DNA of 64,000 nucleotides from Paraspadella gotoi (GCA_051294375.1 CM119263.1:16831777-16895776), one strand, 5' to 3'. Shown: positions 40,190-54,660, counted from the stretch's first letter. Numbers and translations: made by a program. Notes: generated from the letters alone by a model not told the origin.

Positions 40190-43100
40190 ATGCTCCTCCT
40201 GAACCGACTCCTCCTCCTCTTCCTCCTCCTCGCCTCCTCCATCGTCGCCGGACAGACCGACGACGACGACGACGACGACATCGGACTCGACGCCAACTCG
40301 ACTGACGCCGACGCCAGCGCGGCGCCGCCCACCTCGTGGCTCGCCGACCTCGACTACGCGGTGGGGTTCGAACCCGGCGCCAACTCCTCCTTCAACGTCT
40401 CCGCGCCTCCGGAGCCGGTGAGGACCTCCTTCGAGAAGTTCATTTCCGTCGTGGGACCGGGAACGTTCTTTCTTCTGGCGCTGATGACGGGCATCGGCAA
40501 CACGCTCATCATCATCGTCATCCTCTTGAATCGATCCATGCACAACTTTCAGGTTCGTCCGGGAGAGGCGTTGAGGCGGTGGCGAGGGGGGGAGGGGTTA
40601 AAAGTGGGGTAGAAACGCGGAAGAAGTTTGAGGGACGAAACGTTGGTAGGAGAACGGAGGGGGATGAGGTGGCGAGTTCTCGATATTGAGTTTCGCCTGT
40701 TTACGTTTTCATTCTCGCATCACATCGTCCGTCTTTCTTTGCGATAATTAATTTGCCGTCGTTTTCGTCGTCGTCTTCGTCATTTACTTTCATTCAATTA
40801 AAAAATGTCACAACCAGGTCATAACGTCTTTTCTTTTAGCATTAAACTCGTTTTTCATATCGCTCATCACTCACCTTGTCCCACATCTTCTTTGTCCTTG
40901 ATTCTCACCTCTTTTCTTTCAACCCTTTCTCTCGGATTGGCCTCTCAATCATTCTTTATTCCTTTACCTTCTATCTTTCCTGGTCTTTTGATCTTCGACA
41001 TCGTTGTCGTCCAATCTCGAGAGAATTCCCAAGAACTTCCAACTCCGAACTCCGTCACGACATTTGATCATTAAACCGTCCCGACTTTGGGGACATAGTA
41101 AACGATTGTAGGGACGAGTGATAATAAGCAATAAGCATTGTGCCAAAAAAAAAAAAAAAATGAAGGAAGACATTAGTTTTTTATTATATTTATGATTTTA
41201 CAAAAAAGTCTAAACACTAGTAAACTTTCCCCCGACTATTTCCTTCTCATCCACAGAACATACTGGTAGTCAACTTTGCCCTGGCGGAAATCCTATTCGT
41301 GGGCATCTGCATGCCCTTCATCACTGTGGACTACGCCGGGACGCGGTGGCCCTTTTCCGAGCAGATATGCAAGGGCGTCACCTACGCCGCCAACGTCACA
41401 AGCTACGCCAGCGTCTACATCCTGCTGTTGTTGGCTGGAGACAGGTGAGATGCTGGAAAGAGGGTGATTGGCAATGATAGAATGTTGGGTGACACTCCCA
41501 TATTAGAGATGAAATTGAATCAAAATTTAATTCGTATGCTGCAAATGCAAAATTTGAATAATTTTTTTTTCGTCTCTTTCAAGTTTCATATAACTTGGGC
41601 ATTTTTGAGAGGTTCAATTCGAAATATTGTTTCCAGTACCATCAGCAAAGGTCTTGTAAAATAAAGAATCTTGTAATTTTGTTAGGGTGGATGCAGCTGA
41701 ATGTAATGAGAGCGTCCCTTTCAAATTCTTTAATTAAATTCCCTCAGATACGTGGCGGCGACGAACGTGGATTTGTCGAACAAGTTACGAAAACCCTGGC
41801 TGGCCTTCATCGCCATCGTCTCCATGTGGGGAATCCTCGGAGGCGTCAATCTCCCCATCCTTTGGGCTTACAGTATTTTCCGGTAATTATTGTCTTTATA
41901 GAGGCGTTTTTATTCGAATGCAACAAGGTTGATTCAGTACAGAAAACAAATAAAACATACATACCTAAGTCTGCAAAATGCGTTTAAAAGAAGGGGGAGA
42001 GAGAGAAAATAATAATGATAATAAAGTAGTACTGAATGTAATACTGAATGTACATTTTCTGACTGTCAATCTGTTCGTTTTCTACGTTTTTCTGTTACCA
42101 ATCATTATTATTTAATCGCTCATTAGTACTTTTAAGTTTTAATTATAATTAAAGGTATCGTTTATCTTAGTCCCTGACTCAGGCCCTGAGTTTCCGCTCA
42201 AACCCCATTTCGCCCCCCCCCCTCGTCCAGGTACGACGCGCCGGACGGAGTGGAGCGATCCACCTGCACCAACATCTACGCCTTCATCGATCCCGGACAA
42301 AACAAAGTCGTTTACGGCTGCTTCGGTGAGACTCGAGTTAACGAAGGAGATTGAGTAAAATCTCACAAGTCAAAATCTTGATAATTCAACTCACCTACGA
42401 TAAAAACCGTAACTCACGTTAAAAATCACTTATTTTCACTTATTAACCCTAAACTAAATCAATTACACACTATTTTTGGTATTTTCCATCCGAAAACGAC
42501 ATATTCTAACTCATGGGTAACTTATTACGTTAATGTTCATCGTTTAATGACGAGAGACGTTAGAATCGCTTTCAACGTGCTCAACTCACAAAAGCTCGCA
42601 GTAATCGTTCGCCTTTTGTTGTCGTTGTCCTGGTCTATTCCTATAAAAGTCCCGGATATTCAAGCCACGCCCCTCGCCCCCCCACTCCTCCGTCAGGTGC
42701 CTTCTCCTGCCCCCTGATGTTCATAGTGATCCTCTACTGCCTCATCATCCGACACCTGATCTTCTGCCTATCCCCGGGACCCGAAACCACTCCCGAGGAG
42801 TTTCGCGGCAAGAAGACGCACACCCGCGCTCAGATCGTCGTCCTCTTCATCTTCAACATGGTCTGGCTGCCCATCCAGATGTTGTTGCTCGTCCAGTACA
42901 TGCCCTCTCACCCGGGCTCAAAATCCTTCATCACCATACAGGTACAGGGGTTCGCGAGGAAAGCTCGAGGAAAGCGTTGTTCTTGTTCTGTAAATCTCGA
43001 ATGTTTTTTTTCTATCTTGATAAATCCTGCATGATCCGTATCGCTTAGTGACATTGTAAAATTAGCAATGCGTTTAACTTCTGCTGCCTTTTTTTGTTAC

Positions 43101-43419
43101 TTTCCTTACACGCCAGGTGATCACCCATTGCCTGATCTTCACCACCCTGAACGTGAACCCCCTCCTCTTCATATTCCTCACGGAGAACTTTCGTCACGCC
43201 CTGACGTGGGTGCTGTTCTGCGGGAAGATCACCGCGACCGGCTCCATTCTCGGCGACGACGAAGACGACGACGAAGACGGCGGCGACTCGTCGGCGCGCC
43301 GACCGGGCAACCAGATGGAGTACGACCTCTTGAGCCCCACCACCACCTCCTCCACCATCACGGACCCCAACACCGAAGTCAAACAGAACGGCGTCAGGCA
43401 TCACGAGATGACCATCTGA
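40190..43419 (+). CDS. Class A (rhodopsin-like) neuropeptide GPCR, allatostatin-A/galanin receptor-like (~442 aa)
   Basis: Exons 40190-40552, 41257-41444, 41748-41882, 42231-42325, 42697-42941 and 43117-43419 (1329 nt, phases consistent). TM1 GIGNTLII, TM2 NFALAEILF, ECL1 WPFSEQICK, TM3 YASVYILLLLAGDRY, ECL2 Cys, TM5 PLMFIVILY, TM6 VWLPIQ, TM7/H8 HCL..VNPLLFIFLTENFRHAL. Subfamily call is by recalled similarity only. Confidence 0.9.
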
Positions 43420-46400
43420 AGCGGAGGAGGGCGGGAAGGGTTTAGGGAGGAAGGGTAAGAGTTTTTTTTCCTGGAGGGGTAGGGTGGGGGTTAACTGTGA
43501 ATGTCGAGGTGAGATCGTCGATCACGATCCACCGATCGTGATCGCGATCATCTTTTTTTAATCTAAATTTAGAATTAGATTTAGTAAAATTAAATTGTTT
43601 TCGCTATTCTCAATATTGGATGTTCCCTATTCGCCGTTTGGTCGTGATCTCGCAAAGATAAGTTCGTGAACACGAGGCGCAATGGACGAGGTTCCTGTCA
43701 TGAATTCAAGGGGCGATTGAGGCGCCGTTTACGAGGTTTCAAGGGTCACGATTCGAGGCCTCGAAGTCTCGAATCTCGTCCGCGATTGGCCGAAGAAAAA
43801 TCAAGTGACCAATCATCGATTTCGTGACAAATTTGAAGACGCTCGTCGTGATATTGCGTCGCAGGAAAAAGAAATCTTTTTTAAAGTATTCTTCATTCTT
43901 AATGTCACATCATCGCTGAGGGCAAAAAAAAAGTTTGATATTTAAGATTTTACTTAAAATTAATTTATCAAAAAATTTCTTTCAGAGATAGAAGATCAAA
44001 TATTAATGAATTTAAAAGAATATAAAACAATAGATTAAAAAAAAAAATATCTTTTTTGTGATGTTTTCAATTTGAAAATAAAAATATTAATCAGTTGTCC
44101 GTCGATGACCTCAATGCCTTGGGGTTGTACAAAGTTACCTACATTTTATTGGATTAATTTAGCCGTCGAATCTGAGCTGAATTGAAATTTTGATCTCATA
44201 GACGTTTCCAATTTTTAAAAGTAACAATAATAGGTCATAATTTAGTTAGCGGATCATGATTTCAATGATTCATGGCTTCATAATCCGAATAAAATTGGAA
44301 TAACTTACGAAAAGTAATTTGAACTAAGGAAATCCCCAGCCTAAAAAAACTGAACGGTGGTGCCTCTCAGCCTTTATTTGAAAACATTTTTTTGCATATT
44401 CATTTCACAGTTGCAATGAACTTTGATGATTCCATAGTCAATGGCAATAATCAAAAATTATTAATTTGCTGTGCGTCTAATATAAACGTGGTCCTAATCT
44501 CAATTATATAGGATGAAAATATCACTAAGTCAGAAGTTCTCATTTAATTTCTTAATTTATTTGTATTAACTTTGTTGCATGTAATCATAAGTTCTCACGA
44601 ATGTAACTTAAGACGTTTATCAAATGCAATGGGATGACAAATAAAACGGGCGATTATGTAATTAACAAAAGTAAATAAAAAATAAGATTATTTGCATTTA
44701 TATTCTATCGAAATATTTTTACAGCACTCATTCCCTCGGTTCTTCGCAAACTGGTTTGAATATTTTCTTTCATCTATCGCTGCTAATGCAACAAAATCGT
44801 TACAACTCGAAGAAAGCCAAAACTGAATCTATCTCTTTACTTTAATATTTCCGAAGGCAACTTCTCTGTCTTTTCCTTTTAATCTCTTACTGTATTTCGC
44901 ATTAGAAATTGTAACCAGTAGAAGTGATCTACAGTCTATTTCCCGTAAATTTACGAAAAACGCGGAAAAGAACAAACTACAGTGAGTAACGAGAAGATTG
45001 ACAAAAGAGTTCGCGTGAAGAAAGTTTGATTTTGAAACTTATTTAGACTCTCAGTTTTTTCCCGTAAAATTTTCATTTTAGTCCTATTTTATACTTTTAT
45101 TACCGATATAAGTTATCCAGTTCGAAATTTATAACAGTTTCGCACAAAAAGAACAAAAAACTCCTCATTTGTTGCATATAACGAAACAGAAAGTTAATTT
45201 TCGAACAGGTAATTTTAAGTTCGTCCACCGAGCGATTAATCGAATCATATCTCGTTTCTCTCTTTTTCCTATCAAAACTTAAAAAAACAAAAAAACAAAA
45301 ATAAACATAACCCAAACAAACAATTGAACTTTAAAAAATAATAAATGAACTTATAGAAAGAGGAAACTACGAATCATCATTGCGTGCTCATTTTAGGGTA
45401 ATGAAATACACGACCAACTCTGTTACTGCAACTTTTTTTTCTTCGAATTTTCAATTCGATTTGTTTTTCCGTTTTTTCCTTTTTACACTTTTTTATCGGA
45501 CGAGTCAAAGTCGGCCTCGCTGGGGACCGCAGCATGTTGTTTGCCGTTGGAATATTCTTGTATTATACTTGATAGCATGTAACAATGTCTCTTAATCCTC
45601 TCGTTTCCAACTCCACGCTTTTTTTTTGTTTTTCGTCCATAGGTTCCGATCCGGAAAAAAAAAATTAAGTAGATAGGAATTACATACAGGAGCTCGTTAT
45701 TCAGTAGATTTGTCACATTTCCCTAACTTCAATTCTTAAAATATCGCTTTCTTAATAAAGCGTTAAGTCTAATTAACAAAGAAGAATTTGAGAGAAGCAA
45801 GATATAAATACGAAAAATTAATTCATCAATCACTTGAAAAGTCATTTATGTCAAAGGTAATACGAAACTTTTGTCCACTTTGCTTTGATTTAGTACCCGA
45901 ATTTGCCGCAAAACACATAAAGAATCCAAATTAGCTCAAATTCCAAACAAAGCAGCACTTTCAGACAAAACAAGAATAGACCTATAATTCTATTGGAAAT
46001 CAATAGAAAATTAAACGTCTAAATTTGAATATTTTTTTACAGTTCAACCGTACATAAGTCTTTGCTTGAATACGAATAGCTTTGCATATTAAAATAATTT
46101 AAAAAAAAAGTAATATACGTAAAAAAAACAAAAAAACAAAAAAAAACAAAATTGTTATTCAACCATGTGATTCGATTTCCAACCAATTTTCAATTGACCA
46201 AAATCGGAATCACGCTCTCTTGCCTTTCTTTCCCCCATTTTTTGTTCATTGCTTTTTTTTCGAGATTTTCCTTCTTTTTTTCTTCTCTTTTCTTCTCTTT
46301 TCTTTTGTTTTCTCTCGAGTCGACCCCCAATCAGCGCGTGACCCCAGTCCTCCCCACATGGGTCCTCATGGCCTCATGAGCGATCCCGACGACTTAGGGG

Positions 46401-46754
46401 ATCCGAGATAGCGACAGAATTTAAGACGATAACAACGACGATGCCGACGACAACGACGGCGGCGAAAGCGACGATGAAAACGACAACTTCTGCGCCGCGA
46501 AAAGGGCGAGAGAAGCCTGTGAAGGGCTCTAAGATATTTTGAAAAAGTTAGACGAAGACGACGACGACGACGACGAAGACGACGACGAAGACGTCGAAAA
46601 CAACGATAGGAACAACGATCTTTGTCTTTCCTGGTACATTCCTTGTATTGTTCGCTTTCGCCCTTCGAGATCGTTCGTCTTTTTTTTTCGTCGCTTTTTT
46701 CTAGCACCACTTTTGACCGCCTTCGCCTCAGTTCTCCGCCCGCATTTAACCCAC

Positions 46755-46790
<36 letters not shown>

Positions 46791-47523
46791 TCACTCACCC
46801 CACGATTGCCGTTAATCACCGAATGACGTTGTTGTCGTTACCGACGACTAATTCGTTTAATTCATTTCTTTGAGTCAATTTCTCTATTCTCTCCATTCTA
46901 AAAAATACTTCAGTTTCCGTTCAATAAAAAAAAACAAAAAAACTCCTTACTGTATTTATTAATTTCGTGAAATGTAATCATTTAAAATCTAATTAATTTG
47001 TTTTTCTATCGCTTAATTGCCTGATTTATTTTATAATCGACCTAATTTCTTTTTCTTTTCATTTTTCTCTTATTTTCATGTTCTTTCTTTTCGCCCCGAG
47101 TATTGGCGAGGCCACGCATGGTCGACCACCGAAGCCTTTTGATATGAAAATCGACTCCGGGGAGAAGAAAACTTTAAAAAAGGATATTTTGAGAATCTTT
47201 GTTTTTTGGCTCGCAACCATCGATCGAGACTTACCCCCTCTCAGGACTTATCCCCGGGGGAACCGGGTGTGGACTCGTTCTCGCTCAGGTCCTTGTCTCC
47301 CTCGCTCCGTCCCTCTCTCTCTCTCTCTCGCGCTCTTTCTTCTCTTTCGAGCCACGCAATAGAGACAGAGTCACGATCTCATTTCTATGCATCTCTTAAG
47401 TTTTTGTGTCGGAAAAAAAAAGAGAAATGAACTTTTTTTTTCCGTCGACGATTTTTGTTTTTCGTCCCTGTTTTCAGTCGCACAATCAAGTTCCTTTTCA
47501 GCTCCGCTCTCTCTCTCTCTCTG

Positions 47524-47562
<39 letters not shown>

Positions 47563-48104
47563 GTTCGGATTTTTTGCTCCTAAAAAGGGCCCATTCATTC
47601 TGTGATTCTCAGTCAGCTGGACAAACTCTTTCCCATATCCTTAACCGTTTGTTTTCAAATTTTTAAAGCTGTGGGTTAATCCTAAGCCCTACCAATTTAA
47701 TGTTGATCTTTGTTTAATTAATTATATAATAACAATGAATACTCTTAATTTATCACAAATAAAAGTATAAACTTTTTTTATTTCCTCGGCCGTACACTAT
47801 TTTTTACCTCAACCCTGGAATCTTACGTCCGCCTACAAAAACGTCAACAAAAACATCTAGAGTAAAAAAAAATCTTTCAAATTCGAAAAGAAAGAAAAGA
47901 AGAGAGAAACGAAGCAAACATCTACGGATTGGCGAAATGTAAAGAAGAGAATCAGATCGCGATTCGAAGATTCGCTGGAAAAGATGAATGGAATTTCCTT
48001 GGCGAAAGACGCCTCGGCGCGGAAGCGAGAAAAGTTTATCTTCAAACAAAAGAAAGAATATGGAAAGAATGAGGGGGAGTTTGTGCGAGGGAGCGTGGGG
48101 GATT

Positions 48105-48137
<33 letters not shown>

Positions 48138-48213
48138 CAAGATCATCTTCCGAATTACTGATTTGGTTAAAATAGAATCGTATGCAATTCCAATCTTTTT
48201 TCTGAAGCAAAAG

Positions 48214-48249
<36 letters not shown>

Positions 48250-48514
48250 AAGAAAGCGGAAAAAAAGTTCAAACTAGAAACGTCTTCCTTTCTTCTCTCA
48301 TTCCGCCGAAAAAGAAAGAAAAAACTCCGAAATTAAAATTTTTGGCAGAGGAATTTCTCTTCTGTTTCTTAGTGTTGGTCTGGAAAAATTCTTCCCTTTT
48401 TAACCTTTCCTCTTTTTTTTCTTCCTGCGCGAATACTTGATTTATCAGTTTTAGGATTTTCTTTCCCTAGAGTTAAACGATTGAAACTGACCTCCTCCGT
48501 CCTGCCTCGCCGCA

Positions 48515-51500
48515 ATGCCGGGGACGAACAGCAAATCTGGGACGCTGCCGTCTCACAAACGCTTGCAGGAACAAGGGAGGATCATATTGGGCATGAGCGG
48601 AAGCTTCTTGCGTTATCACGCGAACAACAATAACTCGAGTGGAAGCAATAAAAACAATTACGTCAACGTCGTCAAAGGCGACGCCGCAAAGTTGACGCCC
48701 AAAAATGTGAAGACCAACGGCGCCGTCATCGGCGTTGAACCCAATGAGGGAGCGACGCCGCCGAAGAAGGGAGACGATTCCCCGACCAGAGAGTGGTAAG
48801 GACAAGGAGATGGATAGACGGATGGATGAATGATTAATTTAAGTAATTGAAAAATTACATTTCTTGTTTATTTTCTTAATTAATAGCGTTATTGAATATT
48901 GAGAATCGATTTTAGCTAAATTAGAAAGTGGGAATAAGTTCAGATTCTATTTTAATGTTTCAAAATAAGAAACCAAACAAAGTTTGATAAACTCCGAACA
49001 TTCTTTACTTCCAGTCACAGCCTCCCGCCACACTTCCGCTCCAAAGGCGCCTTCCTCCGCAAGTTAAACTACAACTCTCACGTCTATCACCTTCCGTCAA
49101 CTCTGCCGCCCCCCTCTACTCTACCACTCCCACCGCCGCCTCCGCCACCACCCCCACCTCCGCGTACGGACGTCGACCGTCGTTTTCACCCCATTGAACA
49201 CGCCCCGTTGCAAACGATTCCATCTCAGACGGTTCCGTCTTTCTCTGCGCCGTCAAACGGCGTTTCCTTACGGAAGGCGGAAAATGTCAACGTCAATTTG
49301 GGTCAAAATTCGTTTTCGTCGAAAAACGCGGAAACTCCGACGACGGGAGATTCGTTGTCCGGTGAGATGTTGTTGTTGTTGTTGCTGTTAAAATAAATAT
49401 CCGAACTTAGCTTTCTCGTCTCTCGACTCAACAATCTCTCGCCCGACCAGGTCGCGTGTTTCAGTTTCCGCCTCCCCCCGACCACACCCTGCAACGCGCC
49501 GTCAGGGGAGACTCCACGCCCTTCTCGATGACCGGTCGACTTCCCTCCGACTCTTCCAACATTCTCAGCGTCTCGTCTGAGGAGAAGTCGCCGCCTCTAA
49601 CTCCTTCCGAGCACGTTAAGGTCGGGGGTCAAAATAATGTTATTTTTTTCGTTATATTTCGCTTTCATATTCATTATTCAATCATTTCTAATTCATTCAT
49701 TTCTTCATTCCACTTCAGACCTGGAAACCCGCTCGAAGCAAATCCATCAGCAGCGCCGGTTCGTTCGCGCGGCGTCATGCTCGTAAGCCCGGCGCGGATT
49801 CTATCAACGGGGTCGATTTTATCGCCGCTTCAGACGCGACGCCGTCGAGGCGAGACGAAGAGTCCAAGTTGAATCTCATCTTGGCCAAATTAACGAAGCT
49901 GGACACTTTGGAGACGCTATTCCTTTCTGTTGATGAGAGGTGAGTTTTCTTCAGCTCACTTAAGTATTACAACAGTAAAAGTGTTACATGGTATCACATT
50001 GTCAAATTTACAGGTTGAAAAGCTTCGAATACGAGATGAGAGAAACTATTAAAATGGTGGAATATCATGCGGAACTATCCGACGTGACAGATCAGGTTAG
50101 CTAAGCTTGTTTTTTGAAGTATAATTGTCTTTAACGAACTAAATTGATACTATTTTATTAGAAATTCATAAAAAATTATTTACATGTAATTATCTATTGA
50201 TTCATAGTTATTTCCATTCACGTTATCAGGTGATGCAGTACGCTACACGCGCACAAACGGAGAATGATGACGTCAGACGATCCTTGGAGACGATATCCCG
50301 CCAAAACGAGATCCTCTACGGTCGCCTTAACGACATCTCGGCCAAGGTCGAGCAGTTGGTAGAGCAAGAAAGCTCATACACCGATAAAGAGGCTGGAGGA
50401 GTCTCGTGTTTGGACGATGAGGTCTTTTTTAACTCGGAGAATCCCGATAGAAATGCTGTCAAAGTTTCGGCTGCCGGAGAAAAAGTCTGTCTGGAGGCGA
50501 TCGTCGAGAAGGACGAAACCGACGCTCGAACGGACGATATTGTTAAGCAGAACCAACCTCAACCAAAATCGCAACATCCCGAGCCTCAGGCGTGCGCGGA
50601 GCCGCAGCCGCTGCAAACTATGGTGCAGCAGTTCCATATACAACCTCAACTCCGAAATAACCTCGATGAAAACAAAAACATTAACGAAAACAACACCAGC
50701 AACGAGAGAAATATCGAACGCAACGCCAACAAAATTAACCCAAAACCGGAAGTTAAAAAAAGTAAAACCGGGTTTTCCTTCTTGTCCTCCGCCAAAAATA
50801 AGGAGAAGAAAGAAAAATGGGAAAATTGGGTCCATAAATCCGAGGATGAGGAGAACAACGGGACGACGGATCGAGCAGAAAAGAACAAAGAGATCGATGC
50901 GATTCCTAGGGAAAACAAAAGCTCAGTCATCGGGACCGGGACCGGAGCCGACTCGAACAAAAGATTCGAATCAGAAAGGAATGACGAGCCTCGCGCCCTC
51001 GGCGGTCAAGCGCCGCAGCGGCCGGGAGAAATCCGGCTGAATTCCTCGGCCGCGGCGGCGGCGGACGATGCGGCGGCGTTTCCGGAAGTACCAGAGAAAC
51101 AAAAGCCGGGCGAAGATGAAAGGTCGGAAGGAGAGGGAGAAGAAGGGAAAGTTGGTGAGGTCGGTGCCACTTGTTCGTCGTCGTCGTCGTCGTCGTCGCC
51201 ACAAGTCGAGGCTAAAATGGGGGAAACAATGGAAGATAAACGAGGGAAAGGACAACCATTTACGGGGACAGAGTTTGGCGCCAATTCTGCGAGGACAACG
51301 ACGACGACCCCAACGAAGAAAGAAATTCTTCCACGACTTCCGGCCACCGAACCGCGAGTCGTGCTGCGTCAGAATCGAGGAAGAGAATCAGAAACGGCCG
51401 GCAGCGCAGCACTCGTTAAACACCGCAGCGTTCCCGATTTGGTCGTGATGTCGTCTTCCGCTGCGACAGGCGATTTGGCGATTTTGGAGCGCTCACTCCT

Positions 51501-53723
51501 CGGCGCCGACGAAGCCGTCGCGGCGAAGAAGCGCAATTCGATGATATCTCTCCCGAGCGGGGCGACGCCGGTCGAGCCTTCGCCGTTGGTAGAAGAGAAG
51601 CCCGTTGTCAAAAAGAAGAAGCGCACGAGTTGGTTCGAGAATTTTCGCAAACGAAGAGCGGATAAGAAGAAAGAGCTGGATGAGCGAATCGCCGACATCG
51701 TCGCCACCTCGGATAGAAAGGAGATGCTGAGAGAAGGTTTGAAGCTCTACAAGACTCAAGTCGGTCTCGAGACTTTCGTGGAGGAAGATCTCGACGTCAA
51801 ACTGATGTCGGTGAGAAAATTGGGGTCGCAATCGAAAACTCCGTCGCCGACTTCGCTGAGGCCCGAAACCTCTTTTCTCGGGGCTCGACGATCGCCACCG
51901 CTTCCGCCGCCGCATCAGCCGCCGCTTCCGCCGCAGCTTCCGCTGCCGCAATCATCTTCGCCGATTACGCAATCTCAACCGCAGCAGCCGGCTCAGGGCA
52001 AAGATATTCCGCCACCGCCGCCTCCTATCGATTACATGGTCGACGAGGACGAAATATTTGCCACTCCCTCCACCGACTTGAACGATTCCAAGGAGGCGTT
52101 CTTCACGCCTCCTACGCACTCGTCGACGGTGTTGGGATCCTCTTCCTCTAAGGGGTTTTCTATGGGTGGATCGCCAGGGATCTCGGTCATCGCGAGGCCT
52201 CCCGCGAATTTCGAACTCTCCGTCGAGGTGTCCGAGTGTCCGATTTCATGTTTTACTAGCGACGACGCCTTCCACGCGATCGTCCAGGTTCCCTCCGTCG
52301 AAGACCGATTCGCCGTGATCGTCGACGAGGCAGGGACGTCCGACGGAGCCGCCTCTTCCCGGCAGGGCTCTCCCAATGGGAATTCCAATTTGGTGGTCCA
52401 CTCGATGATTGTCCAGGATCTCCACGAGGCCGACCCTTTGGTGCAAATCCACTCGGCGAAGCCCGTCTTCATCGAAAACCTTGAATCGGGCGTGGAGTCG
52501 GGCAACGAGTCGGACGGACCTTCGCTGCAAGCGTTGGCCAGGAAGTTGATGGGCGCCCGCGGGACATCCAAGAGCGTCGCCGTCGCTGCGACAGCGAATT
52601 GTGGTGGCGCCGGGGGTGCGACCCGTCCTGCCGACGCGGAATCCCTATTTTCGTTGGAGGACGAAGTCTTTGAGGCTCCCGAGGAGACGATGGCCAGAGC
52701 CAAGGCCACGGCAGCAAGATTGACGGCACTGACGTTGAAGGAAGTTGATGTAGGAGGAAGAGAAGGGACGGTAGAAACGACGGCTGACGATGTGATCAGC
52801 GTAGACAGTGGTCAGTCCAGGTGAGCATTTGAATAAATACATATACAATATTAAACATAAATACATATATAAATAAATCCAGTAACTAATAAATTAACAT
52901 TACTAATCCGAAAGAATTCAATCCACCTTTTAATTCATTTATTCAGCCACGACCCTTTAAGCGGCTCGAGCTGCACCCCGAAGAAGGCCGCCGTCGTTAA
53001 ACGCGACAGCAACGCTTCAGCGGCGTCGGCTGCGTCGTCCAGCTTTAAAGCAGTGTCTTTAACCTCCGATGACGGAGTCGCGGTTTTAGAAGCGACGCCG
53101 GAAAAACCGCGCGCGGAGGAAAAACGTTTTTTGAACGCGACGGCGCCGGCTTCAACTATGTTTGGGTACGTTAAGAATAATTGTTGAGTGATTTGAATGA
53201 TTTGATGTTTTTTATAATTTTTAACTTTTATATAAACAGCCTTAGCGATAAGGATTCACCTTTTGACGGACACAGAACCACCATCTCTTTGAAGTCCTCG
53301 GCGATCGGCGACTTAACCAACTTCCGCATCGCTTCATGCACAAAGTCCGCGCCTCACTTCGACCACAACTACAGCAAACGCCAGCTTATTGCCAACAACA
53401 ATAACAACAACAACGACGACAAATCAACAAACTCTAACAACGACGAAAAACTCAACCACGCCTCCAAGACGTTGATAGTCGTGGGAGACCCAACCTCCGT
53501 TGCCGCTGCTTCACAGTCCCGCATCCCCGTCCTCAAGAAGTCCACCTCCCTGCCCTCATCTTCGATGCAGCTTCTCGTCAAGGGGTTCCGTCGAAGGGCG
53601 TGGCCGCTAGCGCCGATTCCTCCGGTCTTCACGCCGGCGTCGCCACGGACGAGGGTCGAGTGCGACGCTTTCTTCGAGTCTCTCGTCGCCGAGGATGGGA
53701 AGCAGAGGCCGCTACTTGTTTGA
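48515..53723 (+). CDS. Large, mostly disordered proline-rich protein with one coiled-coil segment (~1464 aa), unknown family
   Basis: Exons 48515-48795, 49015-49361, 49451-49620, 49719-49939, 50014-50095, 50230-52820, 52947-53165 and 53240-53723, all GT-AG and phase-consistent (4395 nt). Includes the 875-aa ORF of the track. The start codon is uncertain. Confidence 0.8.
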
Positions 53724-54660
53724 TGGACTATATTTCTATTTGTTAAATTAAACAAAAATTAAACTTGCTGAATTTGTTGATTCGCGCTAAATTTTACTCA
53801 ACAGTTTTTTAAATTTTCAAAAACTATGTTGAAAAAAAATTATATTGGTTGTACTATATTGTGTTTTTGATGTACAGACCTTCCAGTTTTGTAGTTCATA
53901 ACAGTATTAAAAAGATAACATTTAATGTTTTCTTTATTATTTTAATAAAAGATGATTACTACATTGGTGTTCCTGTTTATCAGCCTATTGTGTTACTCAA
54001 TAGCATTAGCTTCTACAAATAGTAAAAACATTGAGACTTAACAGCTATAGTGACCGACCAAGAACCTAGCCATATTTAGTAATTGTTATTTACCGAGATC
54101 CACCCCCTTTGCCCTCATTCTTCGAACTGCCAGCAATTACGTGCATTTATTTATCTTTACTTTCTTTAAAGTTTTATTGGATATTTCCAGTCAGAATCAA
54201 TGACCCGAGTTGACTTTTGTTTTTTTTTAAATCTTAAATTGTAAAAAATCCACAAGGATCGCATCTGTTGAGGGCCTGTGAAAAACTGAACAGCAAAGTT
54301 TGATTCTTTATCAATCTTTATTTAACCAAAAAAAAAAATATATTATTGACCCCTAGCTATATATATATATATAGCAATATAATAAATTTACCGCAGCACC
54401 GTCGAGGAATAAAAAACAAGATGAATCCGAAACATTTTTTTTATTATGAATTACTCAATAAATAATGATTTCAGTTAGTCAGCTAAACTGCAATTTAATT
54501 TTCAGTTAATAGTATATATAGCTTTAAGTTATCTTAGTAACATTGGATGATAAAATGAAACGTAATTTCAGAGTTATCTTTGGGTTCAATTGTTTTTAAC
54601 TAAACCTTTCGTTTGGATTTTGGTTGTTGTAATGATGTATCAGCCAAATATTCTTTAACT

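Noticed and set aside
46370-46620. Asp-rich exon-like stretch
   Set aside because: In-frame stops flank and interrupt it, no consistent splice sites; GAC-type low complexity.
49100-49120. Suspected frameshift in the poly-C run of exon 2
   Set aside because: Recount gives six C (CCG CCC CCC TCT); the frame is continuous.
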